A DNA stretch of 64,000 nucleotides from Antedon mediterranea (Eukaryota > Animalia > Echinodermata), in contig NC_092676.1 in NCBI RefSeq assembly GCF_964355755.1, forward strand, positions 11,199,888 to 11,263,887, in the 5' to 3' direction. A program made the translations under genes and the position numbers. Shown in pieces: positions 10,532-23,300 of the stretch. Position 1 is the first letter of the stretch, and every line of letters begins with the position of its first letter. The notes beneath the pieces were generated by a model. It did not search any database, was not told the origin of the DNA, and was given only the letters and a program-made list of their open reading frames with translations.

Positions 10532-13498
10532 TTAAATATTTCTATTGTTATAATATTGCTTTAATCTCTGTTTAAACAAACTTAAAGTGGGGGATTGTTT
10601 TATATAGTCTGTTAAATTGTTCCAAATATGTGTTCCTTGGTAGGAAATACATTGCTGTCCGACTTTGGTGCGTTTTAGTTGTGGACAGTAGTTTGACCTG
10701 TTTCTAGTTGAGTAATTATGGAATGAGGCAGATGTACTAAATAAGTTATTAAATGATTCAGGTAATAGATTATGTTTATATTGATACATAAATATAGCAG
10801 TGTGTTTCGTATAAAGGTCAAAAATATTTAATGTTTGGGTTGAAATAAAAAGTGGATGAGAAGGATGCATAAAATGAACATGACAAATATTTCTAAGTGC
10901 TTTTTTCTGGAGAATATGTATACGGTTTAAGTTTGTAGCAGAAGTAGCACCCCATACTGTGATGGCATACGTTATTCTAGGTAATATAAGTGCATTGTAT
11001 ACCGTTAACAAGATTTTACTTGATAACATAGACTTCACTTTGTTTAAGACACCAATTATTCTAGAAATACTGTTTGCTACCTCATTTACATGATAATTAA
11101 ACGATAAAGTTTCATCCAGAAATAAGCCTAGAAATTTAACTTCAGTAGCTTTTACTATACATTCATTTCCCATCCTCAATTCTAGTGAGGTAGTGTCAGC
11201 AGACTTATTTCTAGCCTTAAATATAACATATTTTGATTTGTTTACATTTAGCGTTAATTTGTTAGCAATAAACCAGTCCGAAAGTATAGATAACTCCTGG
11301 TTCATTGTATCAAAAGCTTGAGTAATATCATTGTGACTATAAAACACATTTGTGTCATCTGCATACATAATCATGTCTACATGGTTACATGCTAGACTAA
11401 TATCATTAATGAATATGAGAAATAATAATGGACCCAATATGGATCCCTGAGGAACTCCAGTGTTTACTGTCATTTTACTAGATGCAGTATTAACAATAAA
11501 TGTGTATTGTAGTCTTTTTTTAAGATAGTTTGAGAACCAGTTTAGCGGAACTCCTCTTATACCATAAAATCTTAACTTATCTAATAATATATCATGATCG
11601 ATTGTATCAAACGCTTTTGATAAATCAAGGAAAACTCCTAGTGTGAACTCTTTATTCTCAATAGCGTTTGTGATTTTTTCAATCGATTGTATTAAAGCAT
11701 GACTAGTTGAATGGTGTTGTCTAAATCCATACTGTGTTTTACTCAGTACGTTATATTTTGAGAGGTAACAAATCGTTTGATCATACACAATCCTCTCAAA
11801 TATTTTGGAAAAAAAGGGTAAAATGGAAATAGGCCGATAATTATTTATATCGGAGATGTCACCATTCTTAAATACCGGGATAACTTTAGCAATTTTTATA
11901 TCAGCCGGGACACAGCCCGATGATAATGACGTATTAATAATATGCAATAAAGGTTTTAAAATAAACGGGGAAGCAGATTTTATGAGTTGGGCACTTGTAC
12001 CATCATGGCCAGGAGAAGTATTCTTTGTGTTTTTAATATAGTGGTTAAGTTCATGTTCAGTAACAGGCTTAAAAAACATTGAAGAGGTAAAATTTCCCTT
12101 TAAGAAAGTTCTGTGGGTGATTTCTTCATTTTGAGATTCATGCCTAAATTTATTATTTAGTTTTTCTCCAATATTAATAAAAAAAGAGTTGAATGCATCA
12201 GCTTTCTCATCATTATCAGAGAAAGTCTCAGTACCCAATTTTATTTTTGTAGGCAAATTGGTAGTCTTTTTCCTACCCATTATATCATTTAGGATTGTCC
12301 ACGTTTTTTTAATATCTTGTTTATTTCGTTCAAACTGGACCATATAATATTCTTTTTTCCGATTTCTAATAGTAGTGGTTAACTTGTTTCTAAAATGTAT
12401 GTACGTACTTTTATTAGTAGTGGTGTTATTTTGTTTGTACTTTTTATATAATTTATGTTTTTGAGAGATAGCTCTGGCAATTTCAGCTGTGATCCAAGGA
12501 GATTTTAACTTGTTCGCCTTATTTCTAATTCGTTTTAAAGGGAAACAATTATCAATTGTTTTATTTAAAGTGTTTGTAAAATTTTGATAAGCAACATTCG
12601 CATTATTTGAGAATAGCACATCATTCCACTGATTACTTTGTAATTCTTGCAAAAAATACTCCGTTTGTTGAGGAGAGTATTGTCGTTTATATACAAATCG
12701 AGGATATTGCTTATTATGTTTTTCCAAAGTATCTACACAGAATATTGGGAAGTGATCAGAAATATCAGTAATAAGTATTCCACTTTTAAGGGACGTAGTA
12801 AAAGAATCGATGTTGCAATAAATGTTATCAATTATTGAAGCACAATTATCGGATATTCTAGTAGGACTTTTTATGATTGGCTGAAATGACTGAGAAAATA
12901 TTGTGTCTAAGTGTGATTGGATAGTGTTGTCGGTAGATTGTTGGAGTAAGTTTATGTTATAGTCTCCCACAAGGTAAGCTTTCTTTTTTTCTAGATTAAT
13001 CATTTGCATTACACATGTTAATTCATCATCAAACTTTTGCAAGGAACGTGAGGGTGGTCTATAAACTATACCACAAATAACATTATTTCCTGATTCTAAC
13101 TCAATCTCAATAAAAATAGTCTCTGCTTCAGTCATACAAGATGACAGATCATTTCTAATAATATATGTTAGTTTGTTGGTAACATAGAACGCTACCCCAC
13201 CACCTCTCTTATCTTTCCTATCATTGTGAATCAAACTGTAGCCTGGTAACTGGTATAGATTAATATTATCTTTTTCGGTTAACCAGGTTTCACTGAAGGC
13301 AATGACGGAGAAGGCATGTACGAGTGAGTCTAAATAGTTTGAGATTAAGTCAAACTTATTAACAACACTACGACAGTTTAGTCCAAATATAGAAAAGTTT
13401 GATGATAAATTAGAATGTTCAAGTGAAGAAATTAAGTTATCTTCGTTAAAATATTCTGTGCTCACATTTACATTATCAAAAAGGTCACATTCAAACAT
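10532..13498 (-). CDS. LINE ORF2: APE endonuclease plus reverse transcriptase, 988 aa, intact
   Basis: FSETWL, GGGV, YRPP, GDYNIN, IDNI, SDHFPI, NYRPISIL, FLDLSKAFD, GVPQGSILGP, YADD. Confidence 0.95.
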   Translation of the reverse strand: MFECDLFDNVNVSTEYFNEDNLISSLEHSNLSSNFSIFGLNCRSVVNKFDLISNYLDSLVHAFSVIAFSETWLTEKDNINLYQLPGYSLIHNDRKDKRGGGVAFYVTNKLTYIIRNDLSSCMTEAETIFIEIELESGNNVICGIVYRPPSRSLQKFDDELTCVMQMINLEKKKAYLVGDYNINLLQQSTDNTIQSHLDTIFSQSFQPIIKSPTRISDNCASIIDNIYCNIDSFTTSLKSGILITDISDHFPIFCVDTLEKHNKQYPRFVYKRQYSPQQTEYFLQELQSNQWNDVLFSNNANVAYQNFTNTLNKTIDNCFPLKRIRNKANKLKSPWITAEIARAISQKHKLYKKYKQNNTTTNKSTYIHFRNKLTTTIRNRKKEYYMVQFERNKQDIKKTWTILNDIMGRKKTTNLPTKIKLGTETFSDNDEKADAFNSFFINIGEKLNNKFRHESQNEEITHRTFLKGNFTSSMFFKPVTEHELNHYIKNTKNTSPGHDGTSAQLIKSASPFILKPLLHIINTSLSSGCVPADIKIAKVIPVFKNGDISDINNYRPISILPFFSKIFERIVYDQTICYLSKYNVLSKTQYGFRQHHSTSHALIQSIEKITNAIENKEFTLGVFLDLSKAFDTIDHDILLDKLRFYGIRGVPLNWFSNYLKKRLQYTFIVNTASSKMTVNTGVPQGSILGPLLFLIFINDISLACNHVDMIMYADDTNVFYSHNDITQAFDTMNQELSILSDWFIANKLTLNVNKSKYVIFKARNKSADTTSLELRMGNECIVKATEVKFLGLFLDETLSFNYHVNEVANSISRIIGVLNKVKSMLSSKILLTVYNALILPRITYAITVWGATSATNLNRIHILQKKALRNICHVHFMHPSHPLFISTQTLNIFDLYTKHTAIFMYQYKHNLLPESFNNLFSTSASFHNYSTRNRSNYCPQLKRTKVGQQCISYQGTHIWNNLTDYIKQSPTLSLFKQRLKQYYNNRNI

Positions 13499-14393
13499 TT
13501 AAATTAGACAGAAAAGGAAATGACAAATGAATAAAATTGAGCAAGCTGCTTACAGCAGAGAATAGTTAACACTATATAGCCTAAGTTAACAAGTATGTAC
13601 AATAAATTACAATATATACAATGTAATATGAATTGTTTTATCATGACATACCAACAACAACTAAACGACAGGCAGCGAAACAATAATGATGATCATGGAC
13701 GCCAATTAAGTATTTGGTTAACTTAAAAGATTTTGATCAATCTAACTCACCGATGTCCAGAATGTATTATTATGGCAAGTTATCGTTACTCACTGGTAAG
13801 TCAAACATCGCCGGTAAACAAACAGCTACGTTGAAACGGTCTAGAACATGATGTCTCAATAACGGCGCTCACTTATTAATCACATCAGCCACTTAATGTT
13901 GTTATAATTTGTCATTATACATCACTAGTAAAGTACGGATAGTATAACTTAAATACATTTAGTTGTGTTGTGTTTCATTAAAACGATGTGTTTAACGTTT
14001 ACGAGTTTGATCAACCCAGTAACTCATCGATGAATTACCGGTAAACAACTACGTTGAAACTTACATCGTCAACAGCCACTTAATTGTTGTTGGTATTTCT
14101 CATTATGTAACACTATCGTCGCACACCTGCCGTGGGTCACATGAATTAAAGTTTGAATGGACAGAGATATCCAGAACATAACACTAACAGCCAGGTGCGC
14201 GACATAAACAAACAAACTTCGTTTATTTACAATTTATAACGGTAGAAATACTACTACAATCACATAATTAGTCTACGTTCTACAAGACAATGATAGACTC
14301 TGCGGTAATGTAGGTATGAAATATAATTCATAAACATTAATTAATTGTGTTCAATTGAACATTAATTAATTTGGCTTAATGACTTAATTATAG

Positions 14394-15215
14394 TTATTTT
14401 AGTGGCTTGTATGGCTTACCGTCGATAAACAGTTGTCCATTTCTGAATACGGGCTTACGTTTTTCGGCATATGCCTGCGCCATAATTGTAGATAATTCTC
14501 TCTTTTTCTTCATGTCCGCGTCAGGTAAATCTTCAGTAATAAATACGTTTTGTGATTTACTTTTTAATTTTACTTTTCCTAGTTTTAGGACTTGGTTTCT
14601 TTGTGGACGGTACAGAAATTTAGCTATTATATGCCTCGGTTTGTTATCTAAACGGCGTTTCCCGGTGCGATGGCAATTTTCAATTTCGATGTCCTCGAGT
14701 CCGAGTTCTTCGCGTAGTACTTTTTGCAATAAGTCCTGGGTGTTTTCTGTAGCATTTTCTATAACTCCTCCAAACCTTAGATTAAAACTCCTACTGTATC
14801 TTTCTTGTTTTAGGATTGAATTTTCCATGTCCGCCATTTTATCCTGATAAGCCGCCATTTTGTTTTCATACTCCTCCATTTTCTTGATTTCATTTCCAAT
14901 TTTTTTTATTTCTTCCTTCGTTTTGTTAGTTGAATCATGCGCATATTCCACACTTTTTTCTAGATCTTTGACAGTTGTTTCCAGTTTGGTAAGCCTTTTG
15001 TTGTAGTTTTTTTGATTTTCTAGGACTTTATCTAGTTTACCATTAAGTTGTTCTGATAGCCTACCTAGTTGATCGGCGAGCGTTTGAGTTTCCCCCTGTC
15101 GATCGCCGGAGGCTTCGATTGGATCATCTGCTTCTAGACTTTCGGAGGGTCTAGCTTTTCTTGTTAAGTCAATTGATTTAGTATTTGCCCTAGTAGGCCT
15201 ATTAGTCGCCATCAT
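14394..15215 (-). CDS. LINE ORF1: coiled coil plus RRM-like RNA-binding/CTD (L1-ORF1-type), 273 aa
   Basis: A heptad-rich segment, then ERYSRSFNLRFGGV, IENCHRTG, PRHIIAKF and VFITEDL. It lies upstream of ORF2. Confidence 0.85.
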   Translation of the reverse strand: MMATNRPTRANTKSIDLTRKARPSESLEADDPIEASGDRQGETQTLADQLGRLSEQLNGKLDKVLENQKNYNKRLTKLETTVKDLEKSVEYAHDSTNKTKEEIKKIGNEIKKMEEYENKMAAYQDKMADMENSILKQERYSRSFNLRFGGVIENATENTQDLLQKVLREELGLEDIEIENCHRTGKRRLDNKPRHIIAKFLYRPQRNQVLKLGKVKLKSKSQNVFITEDLPDADMKKKRELSTIMAQAYAEKRKPVFRNGQLFIDGKPYKPLK

Positions 15216-15559
15216 GCAGTCTTCTTTTAGTTAGTGTATACAACTTTTAAAAATAGTAGAGTTTGTTGGCTATATATTACCTTTAGTCTGAATTTAAGAT
15301 CTTTTTCCCTGCGTGTAAAAGTTAGGTGTTGTCTCTACTCGCGCATGCTCGATACTATGCTATGCTAGATACAGTTCTTCAATAGGGCTTATTTAAACTC
15401 TCCCTTATACAGGTTAATTTTAATACATTGTAAATATAATAAACTTGATTAAATTTAATTAAATTGTGTACATAGATAGTTTTCTTAATCCTTGTAAATA
15501 AATAAATAATATTAATAATAATAATAATTAAATGTATATATTTTATCTGAATTTTAGGT

Positions 15560-18500
15560 AATCATTTACTATATCGAATTGTTAAACAGGACATAGGCCT
15601 TTCTAATTTATTGACTGAATTTATTAATTTCTTAACATAAATTATGGTCTATTATTCACAGATATTTATTGTTTTGATTAGTTTAGCTTTTTGCCGTTAT
15701 TGTCTTGTAGTTCCTGATTCAAATTGTTTAAAGAATGGTACAGAGTTTATTAATAAAGTTTATTCTAGAGTTTATATTGGGATACCTAAGTACAAGTCAG
15801 TATATCGTAGGTCTATGCTACAACATAGGCATTTTTCAAAGAGCAGGGTGGCCCATGATACCAGTTCAGTGTCCACATTTAATATAGATCTTCTATCATT
15901 ATGCGTCGATATCCACCCTAACCCGGGGCCTGATTCCACTTCTAGGTCGACTGATGCTCTAAAACGTTCTGAATCTAGTATTGTAGGTAGGTCTGGTGTG
16001 ACAGGCTCTATTATATGTGGTACTTGCGCTAGTAACATTTTTCGGAACCGTCAGCAGGTTACTTGCTGCAACTGTCAAATGGTTTTCCATGCTAGTTGTG
16101 TCTCGATTTCTCAGGTTAATTATAGACGGTTTTATAAAGGTAGGAATTACACCTGGACATGTTTTGTATGTGCATTGCCGCGGTTGAATGACTCTTTTTT
16201 TAGTGATGACTTCTCACTCAACTCCACTTTGGACTCTATCCAAGATAATCAATCGGATGCTAGTGTTCACAGAAACAATCCATGTCTGACTGGAGTATGT
16301 ATGAATGCCCGCAGTTTGAAGAACAAACTTTCCTGCTTTGACAATCTGGTTCATCAAATGGACTTAAGTCTGATTGGATATCCATAATGCCTCAAATATG
16401 TTTTCTTTTCTGTTGTATGCTGATGACACAACCCTTATTTACACTGATAAAAATATAGATTCCCTTTTTAAAATATCAACCGAAAATCTACCCAAAATTT
16501 TAACATACTTTTCTGCAAACAAACTTTCTGTTAATCTAAAAAAGTGCTGTTGTATGGTGTTCAAAAATTCACAAATACCACTAAATACTAGTACTTTTAA
16601 ACTAAAAATTAAAGATCAATTAATACCTATTGTTGAGAAAACTAAATTTCTTGGTGTTTATCTGGACTGTAAGCTAAATTGAAAACATCAGATTACTCAA
16701 GTCGAAAACAAAATATCCAAAAGTTCTGGTATCATATTATATAGATTATCATCTTTCATCCCTCAAAACATACTCCGGATTCTTTACTGTTCACTAATCC
16801 TCCCTTACCTCACTTACTGTAATATTATTTGGGGTAATACATACCCGTCCTACTTAAACAAACTGTTATTGATCCAAAAGGAAACCGTAAGATACATAGC
16901 AAATGCTCCTCCTTTATCCCATTCCAATCCTTTATTTTCTTCATTTGGTCTTCTTAAAATTCAGGATATTAACCATCTTCAACAAAGTGTTTTCCTCTAT
17001 TCATGGCTAAACTCGATCCTGCCATCACACTTTAATGATTTATTTAGTTTCAATCTTAATTTTCATAACCACAGTACTCGGAGCGCAAATCAAATACGTA
17101 TTCCTTTTTTTAAAACTACTTCTTTTAAACATAGCATTAAGTTCACTGGTCCTAAACTTTGGGATAACGTACCAGTTAATATAAAAAGTGCTTTGTCTAA
17201 GAAGAGTTTTTCTTTTAAATTGAAACGGCACCTCTTATCTAGTTATGTTTAATTATCCTTTCACTCATTGTAGTTTTGATATTTAGTCTTTTCGGTACCC
17301 TGAATCTAAAAGTCTTCATTACTGTTTTTGTCCTGTTTCCGGTTCCCGTGTTGTCCTGTTTTTTTTTTTTCATTTTCTATGGGCTGCCTTATACAAGCTT
17401 TGCTTTTTAGGAATGTTGCCCCTCTTATTTTAATAATTTTTACTGTTAATTTTTATTTTCTATGAAAGACAAGAGAAATAAATGTTACTTTGATTGATTG
17501 ATTGAGTCACAGAGAGTTGGCTTGATGACACAATCCTGGATGGCACTATCTCATCTCAACATGTCATCTTTAGAAAGGATCGTGCTACCCGTGGTGGTGG
17601 AGTCTTACTGGCAATAAAACCAGAGTTGGACCCTAAACGCATTTTACATCCCTCTATGGCCGATATCGAATGTGTTTGGGCTGAATTCAGTTTAAAAGAC
17701 GGAAAGTGGCTATGTGGTATATATTACAGGCCACCTGGTGATGCCAATTCTGCCATTCATCTGGAAGAAGTACTGCTGAACTTAAACATCCAACAGTTCA
17801 AAGGAGTTGTCCTAATGGGGGACTTTAATATCAACTGGTTGGAAGCTGGTTGTAATCCGGCTAACCAGCTACTTACTAAAGTCTCCGAGTGGACTTCATC
17901 CTTAGGCCTTCGTCAGATGATTGAGGAGCCAACGAGAATTGCAACCAGTTTAGATCGAAATAGCACTCTCATTGACCTACTATTTACCAACTGTGATCAA
18001 CAAGTGTGTGAAATACGTGTTATGGAACCATTCTCAACCTCTGATCACTGCATGATTTCCTTTCGGATTCGCGGTGAGCCTAGGGTCATGGCCCTTCCGA
18101 TAAGGACAAAATACCTGTATAATAAGACTGACATAGAATTACTTAACAATAGTGTCAGAAGAATCACATGGGACTCAATTTATGATGACAAATCTGTTAA
18201 CAAAACATGGGAAAAGTTCCAATCATTATTTATGGACTGTATCAATGCTACAATCCCTAACAGAAGACAGAAAAAGAAAACCAAACCGTGGATTTCTCCG
18301 GATATTAAGCGTCTTGTAACATTAAAACGTCGACTATTTAAACGTGCAAAGTCTTCAGGCACTGTTGAACACTGGAATAGTTACAAGAAAATTCGTAATA
18401 AAGTAAAATATGATATAGGTCGATGTAAAAGTCAATTTTTAAATGACCTAATGTCTAAGCCGCACAACACAAAGCAGTTCTGGTCTTATGTAAAATCTAA

Positions 18501-20376
18501 AAGACAGTCAGTTCAGTGTTCCATCTTTGAGGTCAATGGTATAGCATGTTCCGATCCTATCATTATTGCAGATTCATTTAATTCCTTATTTTCGTCATAT
18601 TTTACTGAGCCTCCAAGTGACGAAAATTATACTATATTCCAACTCTGGAAAACATATATATTCACCCTGTCACTGTATATAAAAAATTGAGAAACTTAAA
18701 AAATGGAAAAGCACCTGGTCCTGACTGTCTGACATCGTCTATGCTGAAGCTATGTGCTGCTAGTCTGTCACCGTTGCTGACAGACATATACAATTATAGC
18801 TTGTCTAGTGGCGAAGTACCTTCGGCCTGGAAAGATGCAAATATTGCTCCCATTCACAAAAAGGGCAAGAAAGGCGAATTGAAAAACTACAGACCGGTAG
18901 CCTTAACTTCGCTATTTTGCAAAGTATTGGAGAGCATAGTTGCTGATGAACTTCGTATCCACCTAAACGAGTTCGGCCTTCTGTATGATGCGCAGCATGG
19001 ATTTACTCCTGGTAAATCTTGTTCAAGCTTGCTAGCCGAGGCGACAACATCATGGACAACCTTACTTGACAAAGGTTTCCCACGCATTGATATTGTTGCA
19101 CTAGACTATAGTCGTGCATTTGATTCAATTTCGCACTCTACAATGATTTCCAAACTAAAAAGAACCTATGGAATTGGTGGTTCCATGTTGCCTTGGTTGG
19201 AATCATTTTTAACTGGACGTAAGCAACAAGTTGTTTTTAATGGAAAGATGTCCGGCAAGAGTTGCGTAAGATCAGGGGTTCCTCAGGGGTCTGTGCTTGG
19301 ACCCCTGTTATTTAATATATATGTTAATGATCTACATATGCACCTACATGCAAAACCATATCAATATGCAGACGACACTTGCATTGCTAAATGTATAATG
19401 ACGGAGGAAGATAGTTTATCTCTGCAACAGGACATTGACACGATCTCCTGGTGGTCAGCACTTAATTCACTTTCCCTTAACCCTAATAAATGTCAAGTGT
19501 TGTCATTGTCCAGAAAACGAGATCCCGTTGTTCCATCTTACAATCTAAATGGACATGAACTCATGAACGTTAATGACATTACGTTACTTGGTGTGGTAAT
19601 ATCCCATAATTTGTCATGGGCACATCAGGTAGATAATGTAACTTTGAAATGCAATAGGATGTTAGGTTTTATACGGTCAATTGCCACAGGTTGTTCTACA
19701 TCTGTTTTACTTAAACTTTATAAATGTCTTGTTCTTCCCCATATTCAATATTGCTCCCCTGTTTGGTATCCTTATCGTCAATGTCATATTAATAAGATAG
19801 AGAAAATTCAAAGAAGGGCAAGTCGATTTATCCTTCATCAACGAATCTTAGATCAGCCATATTCTGACCAATTAACTAGATTGAATTTGATGACAGCCGA
19901 ATCAAATCGAGATTATTTTACCGTTATTTTTGTTACAAATATATTATATAAATTACAGAATAGTTTTATTTTAAATATGTTGATTATCAATTGTAGGCAT
20001 TTGGATGTTCTGACTTTTAAACATCTTGCATCCAAAACTGATAGTGGAAAGTATTGTATCCCAACCAGATTTATTCGTCTGTGGAATGCACTACCGGTCA
20101 ATATTACAGACGCCTTTGTTTGCGGAAGTTGGGTACAATTTAAAAACATGTTAATGGACCACTTTAAAAACACTATGCCTCTTTAATGTATATAATCATA
20201 GTATTTATATTACTTATTTACATTGTTTTATGTTTTATTGTATGCTTTGAGTGCTGGTGTGGTACGCCTTATGGCGACAGTGGTCCTTCGACCTCTTTTG
20301 CCACTCCTTGGCACACTCAAAGTCTATGTATTGTTTTAATTGCTAAAATTAATAAATTAAAATTAATTAAATTAAA
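15560..20376 (+). mobile_element. CR1-group LINE with a 2A-like/PHD/APE/RT ORF (15644-20186), interrupted at 16377-17503 and frameshifted near 18660
   Basis: DIHPNPGP; PHD C..C..C..C..H..C..C..C; NARSL; DLSLIG|VTESWL restored across the insertion; GDFN, SDH, NYRPVAL, PQGSVLGP, YADD. AT-rich tail near 20350-20376. Confidence 0.88.
16377..17503 (+). mobile_element. 5'-truncated Crack-like LINE fragment
   Basis: LYADDT and C-terminal motifs (KFLGVYLD, HNHSTR, GPKLW), then AATAAA and a (GATT)n tail at 17491-17505. Confidence 0.88.
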
Positions 20377-23300
20377 ACAAATTCTATAAGGAGTTGAAGA
20401 TAGTGTATTTTGAGCGAAAGTGCGGTGCGCGTAGGCCTATGAAGAAGCGGCAGGGCTGGAATACTCGTTTCCTTTGGCGACGAGAACGACGGAAGATGCG
20501 CTCCATCACTGTGCTCTCAATTTTAGTTCTTGTTAAGTGTATGATGCAGAATCTTATAATATGGGCTTATAAATTTTAAAATAAAGTGCTCAACTTTCAT
20601 TTTTTCAAGATTAGTGTGAAGTGGTGACTGTCTGCATGCCTGAACGGCTGACTTGGTAAAATACTGAAAAATCAGTCAATTAGTTAGGCCTAGGCTAATT
20701 AATTAATGTACAGTATATAATGTCATATTTTTATGAATAGAGCTAAACCTACTAGTAGGCTTACTAGTAATCTCATAATAAATCTGTTAATGTCACCTGT
20801 CACTAACATATGATTGATTTAAATATATGCTGAAAATGTTTGCTTTTTATCGGAGCTAAAATGAAATTTCACGGTTCCCTGCTTTTTATTATAATAATGG
20901 AGCAATAAATGAAATACAAATACACACCAATTAACATTTTAACTTTTAATATTATCACAAATTTCACCTTAAAAATCAGACAACAAGTTTTTTAGATCAA
21001 CTTAGCTAACATTTTTTGAACTAAGCCTAATCTTCAAAAGATTTACTATTACTGTAGTAGGCCTATTACCATTATTTATTTGCCGATTTGAAATGTACAT
21101 TTAAACTTTATTAAACTAAACAACCAACCGCCACTTGAACCTAAATAAGTAAATTAGGATAAGTTAAAGTTTTTAAAAAATACATGTCTTTGTGGAAATA
21201 CATCTATAGATATCCATAATTACAGTATTAATAGTGCTTTTTCACATTATATGCCAGAAGTAAATTAATATGACTCATAAGAAATTGTTGTTGATTTAAT
21301 GCTATTTGTATTGAAGTATGTAGAACAATCCTATGTGGTCTGTAAAAAAAAAACAACATTCAATTAATAATAATCATTATTTAATTATATTTGTATATTT
21401 ATTCCTATTTTCTTAGGCCTATAAACAACGCGCGCCTGACAATGAACACGCGCCAATAATGCACGCACTACTAAAGCCTGGCTCTCCTACTGTACTACTA
21501 GGCCTAGACTATATTGATTTATAAATAAAACAAAGAGGCTTTGTAGAGTTTTATGATTTAAAACAGCTTTCCTATATATTATATGTTGCCCTTATTAATT
21601 TACAAAACCACATTTTTTATCTTATGGCGTAAAAAATGATTTTAGCTACAACCATGTGTTCCATTTTCAATAGTGAAATACCTAAAAGGCACATGTTTTA
21701 GCAGCCATTAAAAAAAAATAAAAAATAACCCCAACGAGATTTTTTTATTAACTACTATTGAAAAATCAAATATTCAGAAACTATAAAACCCACCTTCTCA
21801 AAAAATTGCGTTGTTTTATTACAGCCTCAACAAATTAGACGAAATTTTAACATTCGAATAGCCTAAAATTGTTTAAAAAACATCGGTGTAATTCACCCTT
21901 GTTTCACACAAATATAATGGGTTCGTAGATGCCTTGTCAAAGGTTTTCATGAATTATTCATTAGTAAATAAAACCAAAAGTTCCAATTGGCAAGTTTGCA
22001 AAAACCTAAGATTTACTTTTCAAAACAAAGTTGCTTCCGGGTAATTGTCAACGCTGTCTCGTGTGCAAAAACGATTCGCTGTCAATAGAGGGCTCACTAC
22101 TTTTTGTCCCTGGTGAATCGAGTGTGGATCCTCGTAATCCTATTATTATCATGTTTTTGGACATTCTTCGTCCAGTCAGCCTTCATCAACATGTGCATGA
22201 AACCACGCATATTGCTGGACATTGTTTGGATCTTGTTGTTACCTGTGATGATTTTAGTGGTATCAGTGACTTGAGAATTCATCCTGGTCTTTCTGATCAT
22301 TTTGCGATTTTCTTCAAGTTGAACCTTAAAAAACATCCTCTTCCATGTATGTTAATTAAGCGACGCAATTTTAAAAATATTGATATGACTGATCTCTGAT
22401 GATATTAAGTCAGGATTAGCAATTATTGAAGATGGTGGTCTAGGCCTTGGGGTAATCTGTTGAGATGTTTGAGAAGGTACTGCAGTCAGCTGTCGATCGT
22501 CATGCTCCTTTGAAGAGCAAGTTGGTTCTCAAATGAGATTAGATCAGAACGGAAAAGACGTCGTCAGTTTGAACGTAAATGGATCCGTAGCAGGAGTACA
22601 GAAGATCGGAAGAACTACTGTAAGCAAAGGCTGGTTGTTAACACCACGATTGAAGAGTCAAAGGTGGCTTACTACTCTACTAAGATCTCTGATTGTAGTG
22701 GTCATCAGAAGAAACTGTTTGGAGTTGTCAACGAACTAATGCAGAGAAGAAATGCGGCCATATTACCAAGCCATGGCTGTGATAAAGTACTTGCCAATAG
22801 CTATGCAGACTTCTTTAAGAACAAAATCCAGACATTCGTGATGAACTGCACGGTGATAGCAGCAACATCCATGATGTCTCTGTTCATGATGATCTTCTCT
22901 CTCCAGTTGAGAGTCTATCATTAGCAGTTCATCCTGTAAATCTTCAATTGACCTCGATCCAATTCCAAAATCGCTTTCGAAGAAATGTCTTGATGTCGTG
23001 TTACCATCTATAACTAACAGAAGTATTGCAGAGGGATTTTTCCCTGATTCTCTAAAGATATCGAACATTCGACTTTTAATCAAGAAACCTAACTTGGATA
23101 CTGATGAGTTAAAAAATTATAGGCCTGTGTCCAACTTGAAGTTTCTCGGAAAGACCATTGAATGCTTTGTCTCAATACGTCTTGCTCAACATACTGACGT
23201 ACACAGTTTGCCTGACTCATTTCAATCGGCGTACCGACCACATCATAGTGTTGAAACTGCACTACTGCGTGTCTCCAATGATGTCCTACAAGAAATGGAC

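Larger units (their letters stand above)
10337..15350 (-). mobile_element. Full-length CR1-group (Crack/Daphne-like) LINE
   Basis: ORF1 and ORF2 are both open. (TGAAT)n 3' tail at 10337-10351. The 5' boundary is approximate. Confidence 0.9.
9760..22126. mobile_element. Non-autonomous DNA element with CACA...TGTG ends and a 4-bp TSD (Chapaev/Transib/RAG-like end type), holding three nested LINEs
   Basis: GATC at 9756-9759 and 22127-22130. Removing the element restores the L2 endonuclease frame exactly. The ends share only CACA and an A-tract. Confidence 0.8.

Noticed and set aside
20394-20579. Short Arg-rich ORFs as a transposase remnant of the CAC element
   Set aside because: No recognisable RAG1, Transib or Chapaev motif in any frame.
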